From Iphione sp. A-MEVVRFRX5 (Eukaryota): a stretch of DNA of 64,000 bases. Where the stretch lies: assembly GCA_976226885.1 (NCBI GenBank), contig OZ320315.1, positions 41,044,001-41,108,000 on the forward strand, given 5' to 3'. The position numbers and the translations under genes are program-made. How positions within the stretch are numbered: the stretch's first letter is position 1; each line of letters opens with the position of its first letter. Positions 27,807 through 39,577 of this stretch are shown piece by piece. The notes below the pieces were generated by a model. The model made no database searches. It was not told the origin of the DNA and worked only from the letters and a program-made list of their open reading frames with translations.

Positions 27807-30800
27807 ACCAACTGAACCGCCTGACCGGAATTTAATTTTATGGAGAGTTACTGTTGGTAGCTTGCCGGACCTCGTCTGCTGCTGCTGTAACAGCCGTAGT
27901 CATTACCTGGCCTGTCACAGGCAGCCACTATCCTCATTCTTCCACATCAATGGGAGACGTGTGTGCTTGACCTCCCCTGTCTCGCAGCATGTGTTCATAT
28001 ACATCATAATATAGCCGTATGAAAGAAATTAAAATTAACCGGTCATTCGTAAACTGAAAGATATATAATGTACAAACAGTTTCAATTGGCTTTGACCGGG
28101 TGACTGACGGGCTAGTTGACGTTTACATGCAGATTCTTTGAAGATGTATCCCTATACCGTAAACATCCACTCGAGTGTCCTAGCAATTTGATAGAACCCA
28201 GATTTTGCCGCCCCTCCCCCCTTACGCCCAACCTCATGATAATCGTTAAGCCATGGAGAAATCATCGCAGTATTTGCAGATAACGGAGGAAGTTGGTCAG
28301 TATGGTGACAAACCGCAGCATGATATCGAAATCGCAGTCCTTCACGACACTAAGAAGTATCCTGATATCTTGTCTGTTGTACCACGTCAGTCTGGCCATG
28401 TGTCTCCCGGTTGATAATCCATTCCTCTTTGTGTTCTTGGATTTACGGAATTTGCATCATTGATGCTACTTGGTCTGTGTGTGAGGAGAATGGTAGACGA
28501 ATGGGCAATAACCCTTAGTACATGGAGACCATATTCCAGTTATTGGAGACAAAGATGAAATNNNNNNNNNNNNNNNNNNNNNNNNNNNNNNNNNNNNNNN
28601 NNNNNNNNNNNNNNNNNNNNNNNNNNNNNNNNNNNNNNNNNNNNNNNNNNNNNNNNNNNNNNNNNNNNNNNNNNNNNNNNNNNNNNNNNNNNNNNNNNNN
28701 NNNNNNNNNNNNNNNNNACCAACCATCTAATAGCAACAGACAAACATCAGCAAGCATGCGCGCAGTCACTGTGGGCTTATCTCTTTCTGCACTCGGAGGT
28801 CACTTCTCTCCGTTCGGCCGCTATCTCCACCCAGCAGACTAGAGGCGATAAGAGGTTTTTGTTGTTTACAGTATGATAATAATGATATTGTCTAGAAGAG
28901 GATCCTCGAGGGGACGGAGGGGGGAGGAGGAGGCCCTTGTGTGAATAGCTTCCTCTGGGTATCGTCCCTTACAGGTGTGATCTCAGGCTTGAAAGGAACG
29001 GCTTTTATGTTTTCGTATGTAGATCATAAGGACAGCAAGTTTCCATTGTCGCCAGTATAATGAGCAAACACAAGGCTTGGCCAGTATAAATTGACTATAT
29101 TGTATATGTACTTCCGATTTCTTTAACAATGTCCATGAGACCTTTCCGTTCTTAAGTCCATTACTGTACCTGTAGAAAATGTTGCCCAACAGCAATCACA
29201 GCCCTGATGGTGAAAATCTCACAATATTTGCCAAGGCCTTGTGTCCATGTAACTGTTTTCATGACTGTGTTCCCTACCATGTTGCCATGTCCTGGTATCA
29301 CTGTTGTCATCCTCTTTCTTCTAGTTTTCTGCTAAACATGGACAAGGGCCGCGGACAGACTGGGGCATGTCCCATTCTGTCCTTTGTCCATGTTTGAGAG
29401 CTAATACACACGGTTACTATGAAATGCCCCTCTCTCTAGAATATATGTGGCAGTTGCTGATGGTCACGTACAAACAAGTAACAAATGAAGAGGAAGGAAG
29501 TGTTAGAAAGGAGGGAGTGGGTAGAAAGGAATTAAGAAAAAGTGATCAGACCGAGTAGACAAGGGTGGTATACAAGGGTTTGATCATATGGAATAAGCAG
29601 GAGGAAAGGCAGAAGAAAGGGAAAAAAACATATGTATAATGCAGTGGTTAAGAGAAAGATACATAACTTTTACAAGCATGTTTATAGGGAAAATCTAAGG
29701 ATTCATTGAATTGAGAATAACGTAGGAATCCTACTTGTGATAATAGTGGAGGGCGGAGCGAGGAGAGAAGAGTGCCGACAGTTCTTGGGCACATATATAT
29801 AGAGAGAGGGAGGAAAGTAAGCATACCTAACTGAAAAGAACAGAGCACTGACAAAGTGTTTGTTATTGTTATTACTGCTGGTTTCATACACCGACATGCG
29901 AAGCATATGCCAAACACACACTTTAAAGAACATAACCCCAATCACGAATGCGAGAACTATCACGGATATCTGCAGCGCAAGTTCATGGCATGGCTGGGGG
30001 AGGATAAGAGGAGATTGATGTGGACGAGGTGCACAGTGCACGATTATCAGTGACGTCATCGCCGATCGACTCTGCTTGTGGCGGCGTGCGTTCTTGGATA
30101 CGAGTCCCCGAGTCACAAGGTGACTGGTTGAAGGAAGGCCTTGACTCTGTGCACGGCCTCTGTGACTGTGAATGAAGGGAGTCTGGTGGATGCTGTCCAT
30201 ATTGCATGCATGGCATGACAGTACAGTCAGTGGGATCGACTGGACTACCGTGACATTTATACACTAGCATTACCGTACTTTCGTCGCTCTTCCCCAGTCA
30301 GGAAATGAACGAACGAGCCGCAGGAACGATAAAGCCGATCCTCGAGACACAAGTAAAGGATTCTAATAGCATCTGCTCAACACAATCGGCCGGGAAAAGT
30401 TTATACAGGTCTCCATGTAAAGTATAGGATCAAGGATCAAAGACTGACGGATAATTGGGAATGAGGAGCCAGTGATTTGTGAGGCAGGCTGTAGAAACAG
30501 ACAGCAATATTCAGACTGACGACAGACAGACAGACTGACTAACTGACCGATTGACAAATAGAGGAGTAGAATGACCAAAGTGGAGCGATACGTAACCGCC
30601 CCCTTACACACAAGCACACATACACACACCCTTATATTCGCAGACACTCACGCACGCACACACACTAACACAAAAGCCAGTTAGGCCAACTCTGTGACGT
30701 AGATAATCCTCTCAGAGCAGCTGAAAAGCAGCAAGGCCCAGGCAAGTAGCCGTCTCTTTTAGTAGTGCTAGCATTAACAGCCCGCTGTCTGTGTCAGTGT

Positions 30801-32366
30801 ATCTGGCGAGGAGAGAGAGGGAGGGATCCCTACCTACCTGCACCAGCCTGCTGCATCCCTGGTAGTGTCCCTGGAGCAGCCTGGAGGACGGGTGGGCGGC
30901 AGGTGGCGCCGTCTGGCCCATAGACAGTCCTCCTCCAGTAGCCTGACTCTCCTCCCTGGTGTGTCTGACCGCCGCCCAGACTTGCTTTTGTACAAGCGGT
31001 ACGGATCACCACGTCTGTGTCCTCCTAGCCGCTTGGATGCCTCTCTCCGCCTGCAGGTAGCTTCGGCATCCCCCCCCCCCTCACCCTCTACCGCCTCCCT
31101 GCACTGCCAGTGCAGCAAAGGGCACACACGACTCAGGTAGGTGGGCGCTAACATCGAGAATCAGCAGAAAGGCAGCAGTAGAGAGGTGGGGCGGACCAGG
31201 GGGCGGGGGGAGGCGGCCCCAAGGTAAAGGCCTACCGTCGGCCGGTGACTCCAGCTACATTGACAAGAGAAGAGTGTCAGCGATGAGGCATCATTGATGC
31301 ATTAGTAGGCTGACTACTCTGTGAGGGAGACAGCGGTGGCTGGCGCACAGGATGTACTGACCTGAACACCTGCGGTGTGTGGAGGAAGGACCGAGAACGT
31401 GGCTGTAAAGGATTGGATTACGTGAGTTAGCATCGAGTCCGGGAATACGTAGAGGATAACAGCATCCACATCGACAGACACTCGCCGCAATGACAGTGCC
31501 TGAACTGTCGGTGCGAGAGAGAATAATAGAAACGTTTTAAAATTTAAGTATGGAGCAAAGAGTGACTTATTCTCGTAGTATAATGAATTGAAAAGTCACT
31601 GGTTCTACCAGAGATTGGTCTTGTGTACAGTCCACACCGGCACACCCACATAGGCACATACACACAAATACAAGCACTTACACGCAAACACACAGAGTCA
31701 ATCAGAGCAGCAAATGGAGCCTGTCAGACAAGCGGACACCGCCTCTCCCACCTCCTAATAGCCTTGTCGCCGAGGACGACGTCAGAGCGCGCGCCACCGT
31801 TAGAGCACGATAGAAAAAGATGTACGCTGATCAAGGAGTTACACCGGTATGCCACCGACGGGGGTCGCTAGATCAATACAGGACCTGCACACCGCCCCCT
31901 GGTGAGGACGCGGCGCAGTGAGGACACAGGACTCCGCGCGCATGCGTGCCTTGTCGGGCGAGCTGTGAGCGTGATCACTAAAACGTCGACGTCTTCCAAT
32001 ACCTCACACCGCAGACTATGACAGGCAAGCTCGAAAGAGCCTTCGCGGCTTTCTTCGTACGTGTTGAGCTAGTTGGACACCACATGAGCGACGGCGCATC
32101 CACTCAGGCAGTGGCGCACCGTGCGAGCTAATCTCCGCAAGGGATAAGCCAAGCACAGGCTGTGGAACATTACGACCGTCTGCAGCCGACCACACATTGC
32201 TGCACAGACGGATCTCTGCGCGACGAAAGGGATTGCAACCGGTGGATCGGGAGTCTCCTTCTAATCTGGATCGTTAAACTGGATCTATGAAACTGGGGGT
32301 CGTTTGGTTTCATTCACTGTCTATACCTCGCTTACGCCCCAATGACAGTTTGCACATACAATAGAA

Positions 32367-32377
32367 ATGACAGCGAG
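32367..32377 (+). CDS. ena: Weaker candidate first coding micro-exon of ena (MTA-S)
   Basis: gaaATGACAGCGAG|GTGAGG, 11 nt, phase 2, inside a CpG island. An out-of-frame ATG lies upstream at 32342. Confidence 0.25.
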
Positions 32378-32748
32378 GTGAGGATCATACCAGTATGCAG
32401 GCAATACTCCCACAGGCACTGTCCGTTGGAAAGCCTTGCTGTCTTGAAATTACTCTCCGGCAGAGGATCGCCAACCAGAGGTGACGCTAGAGACAGTGGA
32501 AGCGAGGCGTCGCAGTCCGGCTAAGATCTGCTTTACAGACCTCATCCCCTATCGATAATCCAAGCCATTCTACCATTGGACATTGGTTCTACCCTGATTG
32601 TGACGTCACGACCTGTTTGGAATCTACGCTGGTTTGAGTGGCAAAAAAAAACTATTGCAAATTGCGCACAGGAGAAAGACGCCTTGGCCTGGGTAGCATA
32701 TATTCGAGTATATTTCTGTGTGATCTGCGTGTTCAACGGTTGCCAGCC

Positions 32749-32765
32749 ATGCCGCGTGATCCGAA
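32749..32765 (+). CDS. ena: Candidate first coding micro-exon of ena (MPRDP-N)
   Basis: ccagccATGCCGCGTGATCCGAA|GTAAGT, 17 nt, phase 2, perfect intronic donor. Lies in the CpG island closest to the EVH1 exon and resembles the very short phase-2 first coding exon of vertebrate ENAH (ATG AG|). Confidence 0.45.
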
Positions 32766-35207
32766 GTAAGTGAACGCTCTCAAGCCGGTCCCCTTTTACG
32801 GTCTTTTTACGGCATGTCTTCCTCTTCCGGTTAAGAGCGGCGCAGGGGTCCGGGGGGGGGGAGGAGAGCTTTGGGCGTGGAGGTCTAGGCTAAGTGCCTG
32901 TTGGTGAGTGGGTTGGGGCGTCAGTTGGGGTAGTAAATCCTCTTATGTCTGCTCAACACACCTATAGACTAACGTAGCTCAGTGTACGAGGGTGGCTCTC
33001 CCGTAGCCGTGTAGAACCTGTGAAATCAATACATGTCCACATAACATCGATGTTTTTGCATTGATATAAAGATGTGACCTCAGGTGATGAAAAGACGCCC
33101 GGTCACGGCCAAGGGCGGCCTAATTCGAGCCTTGCAGGCCGGATGTGTTTGATTTACCGGTCAGCCACGACAAGGTCTTTTCATTTTACTATCACCTGGC
33201 CTCATTGTGGATAATTTATGGAGCTCCCAGCAGATCCTTTGGCAACGTTTTTTCTCTTTCGGGAATCTTTATCACAGAATGCAGGTTCTTTCCCGACCAT
33301 TAGTGCCATATTCGTTTATTTAAGGTTGTATTTAGTAGAGAAAGTCACTAGCATCTTTTTCTAATACAGCTGTCAAGTTGCCCCACCCCCACCCAATGAT
33401 AGTGTTTTACTGTATAATGGCACAGCGCGAAAAAAAACACAGGACCGTTAATCTTCATTAATGCTATATGTGAGTAAATCTTTCTCTGCGTTTTCAAGAC
33501 GAACTCAATCTCAGTTAATCGTCGTCTTTGCATTAAATATGTATGTTCGTGAACGAAGGCGCGGCTGTTCGTCGGTAGACTTTACACCCGATCGACACCT
33601 GTTGTGAGCTCTACCTTCTGTGTCTCCCAGATAGCATGGCGGTATAGAAGATCATGGTTGATATCTGTCGACTGAGTCAGATCAGTGAAAAAACAACCGC
33701 CCCAACATTGGATCTAAATAATGGAACGCGGGCACAAAACGGATGTCTCTGAGGGACTCTTTACGGTTGTCACCTCGGCAGGGGTCATGTCTTTCCACGA
33801 CCCTCAGACACGAGACAGTTCGACGTCGACTTCCACCTTGCCAGGCGAGGTGATGATGAAGGGACGAAGGAGTGTCGGGTTCTGTTTAGATCACTTGCTG
33901 TTAGATGGATTGATGGGGGGATCATTTTAATGCAGAAATGATGGCTTGTTCTCACCGCCGCCGGGGATGAACATAGGTCGGTATGAGATTTAGATGGGAC
34001 GAGTGCCATCGGTCTTGTTGGTGCGTTGCTCACCGGGAGATCTAGCTAGGTCAGTTCACGCCGCGTCTCTAGCTCTTAGGTTGTTCGCACACATTCTGAT
34101 CCATTGACTGCTGGGGGTTGAGCATGTAAAGTGTCACTCGTCGGGAATTCATCCTGCTCCGGCTCAGTGGAAACAACCATAAAAATGTAGGTCATGTGGC
34201 ATCGAGCTGCTCGTTCCTGGGCATCGAGCGGCTCTTGGCCTCGGAGCCAAGGTTCACGATCCGCCCAACTGCTCCATTACTCCTACCTGATGCATGATTT
34301 GCCGGAGTTAACCCGTCTGACAATGTGTGTGTGTTTTTGTTTTTTCTAACCTGACCTGCCATTGTCACCGTCTGATCTGCTAATGCGGAAATTTTGTACC
34401 AACATGTACACTTCCCGGATTTCTTCATGTCACTGGGGAAATCCACGGTTTTCGACCGCACGTATTTTCCGATTATATGTTCGTGTAGATGTAAAGGGGA
34501 AGCTGTTTTTGTCATGGAGACGATATCGTTATCTAACATACCAGATTGTGAGAGATAGTCGCTTGGAAATTCCGTACGATAACCGTCATAGCTCGGTCAC
34601 TTGTTAAGCTTCTCCCTCATGTCCAGGTCAGGAGAGTGGTCATTATTACGCTGCTAACTTTATAACACGACAGTTTGATAAAGGGTATGATGGTATTCTC
34701 TGGCAGATTGCCGGCCTTTGATCTGGGCCTGTCGGGTCAAGGGCTGTCCCCCGACGAGTCATTTTTGCGTGGTATTTTGTGTCTAAGTGTTGACATAGTC
34801 ATCTGGAGTAGAATAGCATTGGTTATACATCCCCAGAATGGTTTGTCTCAATGTGGCTGGAAGTGGGGCAGCCCGGGTGACATTTGCCATCATAATCGAA
34901 GCGAGGTAGTTGTGCCACATGCTGCTATCCCCTGTCATAATGACCCTTGTGCCTTGGTGCACTCATTTTATTAAGTGATACAGCTTTCAATTAACTGAGC
35001 GACATTCGCGGCCGATTTTGGCACTGTGTAGCGAGCCTTTTTGTGGGCTCAAACCGAACCTTCCTTTCCAGTTAATCCTTCTGGGCCTTGCGTGTCTCTC
35101 TTTGTCCGTGTGTCTGTCTCTGAGGGCGGCCAAGTAGAGAGTAAGTACCTCGGGTCGTCCCGTCCACCGACTATTTTGTTAAGGTTAAAAGGGACTTCCC
35201 CGACACG

Positions 35208-35302
35208 TACACACACACACACACACACACAAAGCTTATCAGACACACACACACATATTATAACACACATTCACACACGCACCTTATCCACACCACACAC
35301 AT
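35208..35302. repeat. Interrupted (CA)n microsatellite
   Basis: Seen directly. Confidence 0.9.
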
Positions 35303-36698
35303 AGGCACGCGCGTACTCATTGTCGACCTGCTGCATCCCTGGTCCGTCCGTTGGTGTAACGAGTAGCTCCAAAGTGACCAAGCCACTTCGTCAGGGTTTG
35401 CTGTCCTCCTACAAGTCTTTCCCATCGCTGTCCGTCTACCTCGGGAGCAGGCTTGGTGTCCTCACATCAATGGAGCAGTGCCGCCCCTCTGTCTGGCCGA
35501 GTGATTACCCCTTCCTGGAGGCTGCGGGGAGAATGGATGCGCATGGTGGAGGGCTGGCTTTGATGGAGAGGGGCTGTCGTGGCTAGATGTAGAGACGCCT
35601 GCATTACATGTTGAACACTGACAGGCTCTACTCGGTTATGTCTTGTTTATGTCTGTCACTGTCTTCATGGTTCCTCTCTTAGTCTTAGTCTCCCATCACT
35701 TTGATATCACATAGGGTTGTCCTCTGTCTGGCTGTCTTCTCTGGTGTCTCCTCATTTGCCGTGCTGTTCTCTCTCTGTGTCCTCTGTTTCCTGTCTGCTT
35801 GCATGTAAACATATCTTTTTTACCAAGAGGTTTTATTACAAACCGTTAGGTGCTTCCCTATGTTACACCTTAGGCGGTTAATAACATCATGTGGTAACAT
35901 CAACGCCGCCAGAAATCATGAACCGGGAAAAAACAGCACTCAGCGCCGATATGAAATGACATATTTAAGACGATTCCGCAGTATTTGATTACTTTCCTTA
36001 TCGAGTGCGCCTTCTGTGCCTATCGAATTGAAGTGTGTGACCTTGCTTTCAAATTACTGTTTTCTACGAAATGTGTAATAGGCTGACGCTGTAGCACAAA
36101 GCAAATCAGATTTTGCTAGAGGATGATGCACGCCAGCAGACTGAATTTATAAAGAGTTGCGTGTCCTGAGTGTGACCCAGTTTGTATTCTATTACAGAGC
36201 TCTTCATGTAATGTTCATAATGGCAAAACGCGCGTCATTATAAAGTGATGAATGGAATATGCCAACTGCACGTATATATGCGGACTCGGGCACTATTTTT
36301 CATTAAGTATAGAATCACTGCTGTGTCTGCTAGGGATGTAAATGCTCACTGTGACGAAAATGTTTTTTTCCTTTTCGTTAGGTGCGATTCCCATGTTGTG
36401 TCAGACCCCTGTAAATGTTCAGAATGCAATTGTTGAAGTGGTGTTTCCATGCCTCAGACCTCTTGTGTGGCATCAGTGANNNNNNNNNNNNNNNNNNNNN
36501 NNNNNNNNNNNNNNNNNNNNNNNNNNNNNNNNNNNNNNNNNNNNNNNNNNNNNNNNNNNNNNNNNNNNNNNNNNNNNNNNNNNNNNNNNNNNNNNNNNNN
36601 NNNNNNNNNNNNNNNNNNNNNNNNNNNNNNNNNNNNNNNNNNNNNNNNNNNNNNNNNNNNNNNNNNNNNNNNNNNNNNNNNNNNNNNNNNNNNNNNNN

Positions 36699-36940
36699 GT
36701 GAGTATATGAGAGAGTGTGTTGTGTGTGAACATGTATGTGTATGAGTAAGTGTGGGGGTTGTGTACATGTACGTTTGTGATGTGTGGGTGGTTGAGCTTG
36801 AGTGTGTTGTGTGTATGAGAGTGTTGTGTGTCGGTGTGTATGTGTGCCTGTATGTGTATGAGTATGTTGTGTGGTAGTGTGAGTGTGTTGTGTGCGAGTA
36901 TTTTTGTGTTGTATGCCAAAATATATAAAATGTGTGTGTT
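36699..36940. repeat. Degenerate (GT)-rich low-complexity tract
   Basis: gtgtgt/gtatgagt-type units next to an N gap. Confidence 0.85.
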
Positions 36941-37211
36941 CGCATAATAATAATGGTCTGACAAACTGATGGTCTGATGGCCTAATGAAAAACGGGACTC
37001 AGACGGGTGTGCTCTCAGGCCAGTCAGTCACAGTCTGATGCTGGATTGGATTTTGCAAACATGAAAGTAGTAACTAATAAACACCTGTTGACAAATTGGT
37101 CTGATTTGCAGATAGATACATGGAAAGAGCCCCTTACAGTTACATGTAGTAAATACAGTGCACATCCCAACATGCTGTGCCTAATGGTGTGTTAATTCTT
37201 TGTCTCTGCAG

Positions 37212-37377
37212 TGAACATTCCATCGTGGCGGCCCGGGCGTCGGTCATGGTCTATGACGATGGCAACAAGAAGTGGGTGCCAAGTGGCTCGTCCCAGGGAC
37301 TCTCCAAGGTGCACATCTACCACCACTCGGTCAACAATACCTTCAGAGTGGTAGGCCGCAAGCTGCAAGACCACGAG
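37212..37377 (+). CDS. ena: Ena/VASP-family protein, EVH1 domain exon (N-terminal half)
   Basis: Acceptor tgtctctgcag|, then T+[55 protein letters not shown], donor GAG|GTGAGT. 166 nt, phase 2 to 0. Very close to Drosophila Ena and human ENAH EVH1, including the ligand-binding Tyr and Trp. Confidence 0.97.
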
Positions 37378-37624
37378 GTGAGTGACGGTCCGAGAGAGGA
37401 ACTGGCATCCTCCTCTGGGCAAGCATGGTTCACTTTATGGACACTTTTGGGTCAGTCCCTTTGCTGTCCGTAGTAGAGAGGTTCCATTGTATTAGGAAGG
37501 GGACGGGTGCTACCAAGCAACTGGCGAGAGGGTCCCTGGGTTCGTTGGGCTTTCTGTGGTACAAAGCAAATATAACAGGTCTTGTTAGAAAAGACTACCG
37601 AACTGACAATGGGGTCGTAATCCT

Positions 37625-38845
37625 CTAGATTGATTTCCCTTTTCCATGCTTCCGGATAGCTGTAATGTGAGCCTGTCCCCTATGCAGGGTGTGTCCATCC
37701 CAATCCCAATTCCTCATCTGAATACTATTGGTGATTGGGTCTTGTTTCATCCTGCACATGAGTTCTTCATTTGAGATTCGTTCTGGGCATCTGACGTGCA
37801 GGAAAGACAAGTATTGATGAAAACTGTGACATCCAACAGGATCCTTCTCCAGCAGCAAGAGATTGTTAGGTGATCGATCTGGTTTTCTAGGTTTACGAAA
37901 TCAAAACCAACACACTCTTTCCAGAACTGTCTTGTATTTGTCAAACAACATCCACTCATACATCCAAGCTTTCGGGAGGAGATCCTCCCTTTGTCAGGGC
38001 TCAGGTAGTTGTGCCATAGTTGTGATCTGGTTTTCTTCTGTGTGGGAGGATGGTTCCACCAATAACAAGGTTGTTTTGCTTGCAGAAGTCTGTAAGGAGC
38101 TCTCCATTCTCTTTTATATTCTGGAGGCCATGTCTTCCCATGATTAGCTCTCTCCCTGTGTTGTCACTCCCCACTTTGCCATTCAGGTCACCCACCACAT
38201 TTGTGATATCTCTTTTTGGTGTATTGTCCAACACATCTTGGAGCTGCTCACAGAACTTCTCCTTTGCTTCTTTTTCCATAACATTGATAGGTGCATAGCA
38301 CTAGATAATTGTTCCTTTCAGGAACTTTGAGAGAAAGCAGGCTGTTAGGATCTGTTCACTGACAGGTTCCCATTCAATTAGATTCCTACTTGCTCTTCTT
38401 GTCATCATAAGTCCAACCCTCTTGACATGGTCATGGTCTTCATTTGATGGTCCTGAGTACAGGAGCATATGTCCTGATGATAGTGTCACTTGTTCATTCT
38501 TTGTCCATTGCATTTCACTGAGTCTCAATATCTCCAATCTATATCTCTCCATTTCCCTAGCCACTTAGGCAAATTTCCCTGTTTCATATGTTGTTCTCAT
38601 ATTCCACAATCCAGTCCGTGTGACGGTCTAGGGGAACAGAAGATTCTGTAGCTCAGCTCCACACTGGGATTGGCTGGTCCACTTCAGACACTCTCCCCCT
38701 GGTCATTTCTTTTGGTCCTTTGATGTTGGTCTTGCAGTGTTGGTTTCTGTAGCTGTGGCTTTTTTATGGGGTGGGGACCCTAGACCCATGCCCAACCCTC
38801 CTCCTTTTGCAATTGGGCTTGGGACGGGCTTTGGCAGAGTTGGAC
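37625..38845 (-). mobile_element. Decayed, internally deleted RTE-clade non-LTR retrotransposon (5' UTR, AP endonuclease, C-terminal tail; RT missing)
   Basis: Minus-strand translation gives GLWNMRTTYETGKFA*VAREMERYRLEILRLSEMQW ... *CYAPINV ... VVGDLNGKVG ... ENGELLTDFCKQNNLVIGGT ... ENQIDHL ... WRRILLDV (APE endonuclease). This joins VFINTCL ... PERISNEEL ... GHTL (RTE ORF C-terminus). RTE-type 5' UTR motif CCCGTCCCAAGCCC...GGAGGAGGGTTGGGCATGGG...CCCCACCCCATAAAAA. Stops and frameshifts present. Boundaries approximate. Confidence 0.9.
37876..38036 (-). mobile_element. 135-bp insertion flanked by 13-bp direct repeats, carrying a degenerate minimal hammerhead ribozyme (Penelope/retrozyme-like)
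   Basis: GATCTGGTTTTCT at 37876-37888 and 38024-38036. Minus strand inside: CTGACAA-A-GGGAGG-ATCT-CCTCCC-GAAA-GC-TT-GG (37997-37964). Confidence 0.6.
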
Positions 38846-39545
38846 CTATAATAGTATTGTTATAAAGTGATAGGGAGGTCTTTGAGGTGTCTCCTTGGTA
38901 CAAGAGAGACACAACAAGTATTGGTATAAAAGACTGCACAATCGACAGAAGGGTCTCAGGACCTTGTGTGGTGTGCAAGGTACTGGTGTCGAGCACCACA
39001 CAGCTGACAAGAGGATCTCTGGGTGTTTAGAGCTGTTGCGAGCTGTTCATGGGGTGCAGGTGAAGTTTAATGGGAAGTAGTGTCAGGGACTTTTTGACTA
39101 CCGGTTCCACATATATTGATGCCAGTTCCTGGAACGCAAGTACTATTTGGTACCACCAACTCTAGTGTAATTTACTGAGGAGTCATAGAACTGAAAGCAG
39201 TGCTAGTAACACAGGCGGTATTCTTTTATCGGTAGCTGTGATCATGGCGGTGGACTTGGTCTGTGTCTCCTCCCCCGAGAGTATTTCAACGATGGATCAT
39301 AGAAGCTTGCCTGCAATGAGGAGGGTGGGGAGAAAGTAAAGTGGACGTTGAAGTGATACTGACTGAAATCTAGGAAACTCTCGAGTATGCGAGCTGCTAT
39401 CGGACTTGCGGTCAACGAATTTGCATAAACCACCACTCTCCAAAAGCCCTTTTCAATGCTGCCATGAAGAACTTGCAGCCACAAACCATGCAACTTAGTT
39501 GCGAGAGAAGAGTCCATGATGGGTTAATTATAATGCTTTAGTTCG

Positions 39546-39577
39546 TATGCATTTCGGACTTTCCAGTCCTTCTTCAG
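39546..39577 (-). ncRNA. Minimal type I hammerhead ribozyme core (Penelope-like element type)
   Basis: Minus strand CUGAAGA-A-GGACU-GGAA-AGUCC-GAAA-UGCA-UA. Intact CUGANGA and GAAA boxes, 5-bp stem II with GNRA loop, palindromic stem III (AUGCAU), UH cleavage site. No stem I pairing is evident in the flanks. Confidence 0.55.

Larger units (their letters stand above)
30700..32900. promoter_or_regulatory. CpG-rich island(s), probable ena promoter region
   Basis: Dense CpG at 31700-32300, NRF1-like GCGCATGCG at 31938-31946, strong donors at 31137, 32378 and 32766. Boundaries approximate. Confidence 0.5.

Noticed and set aside
35370-35395. CTGACGA-A-GTGGC-TTG-GTCAC stem on the minus strand
   Set aside because: The obligatory GAAA box is missing after the stem.
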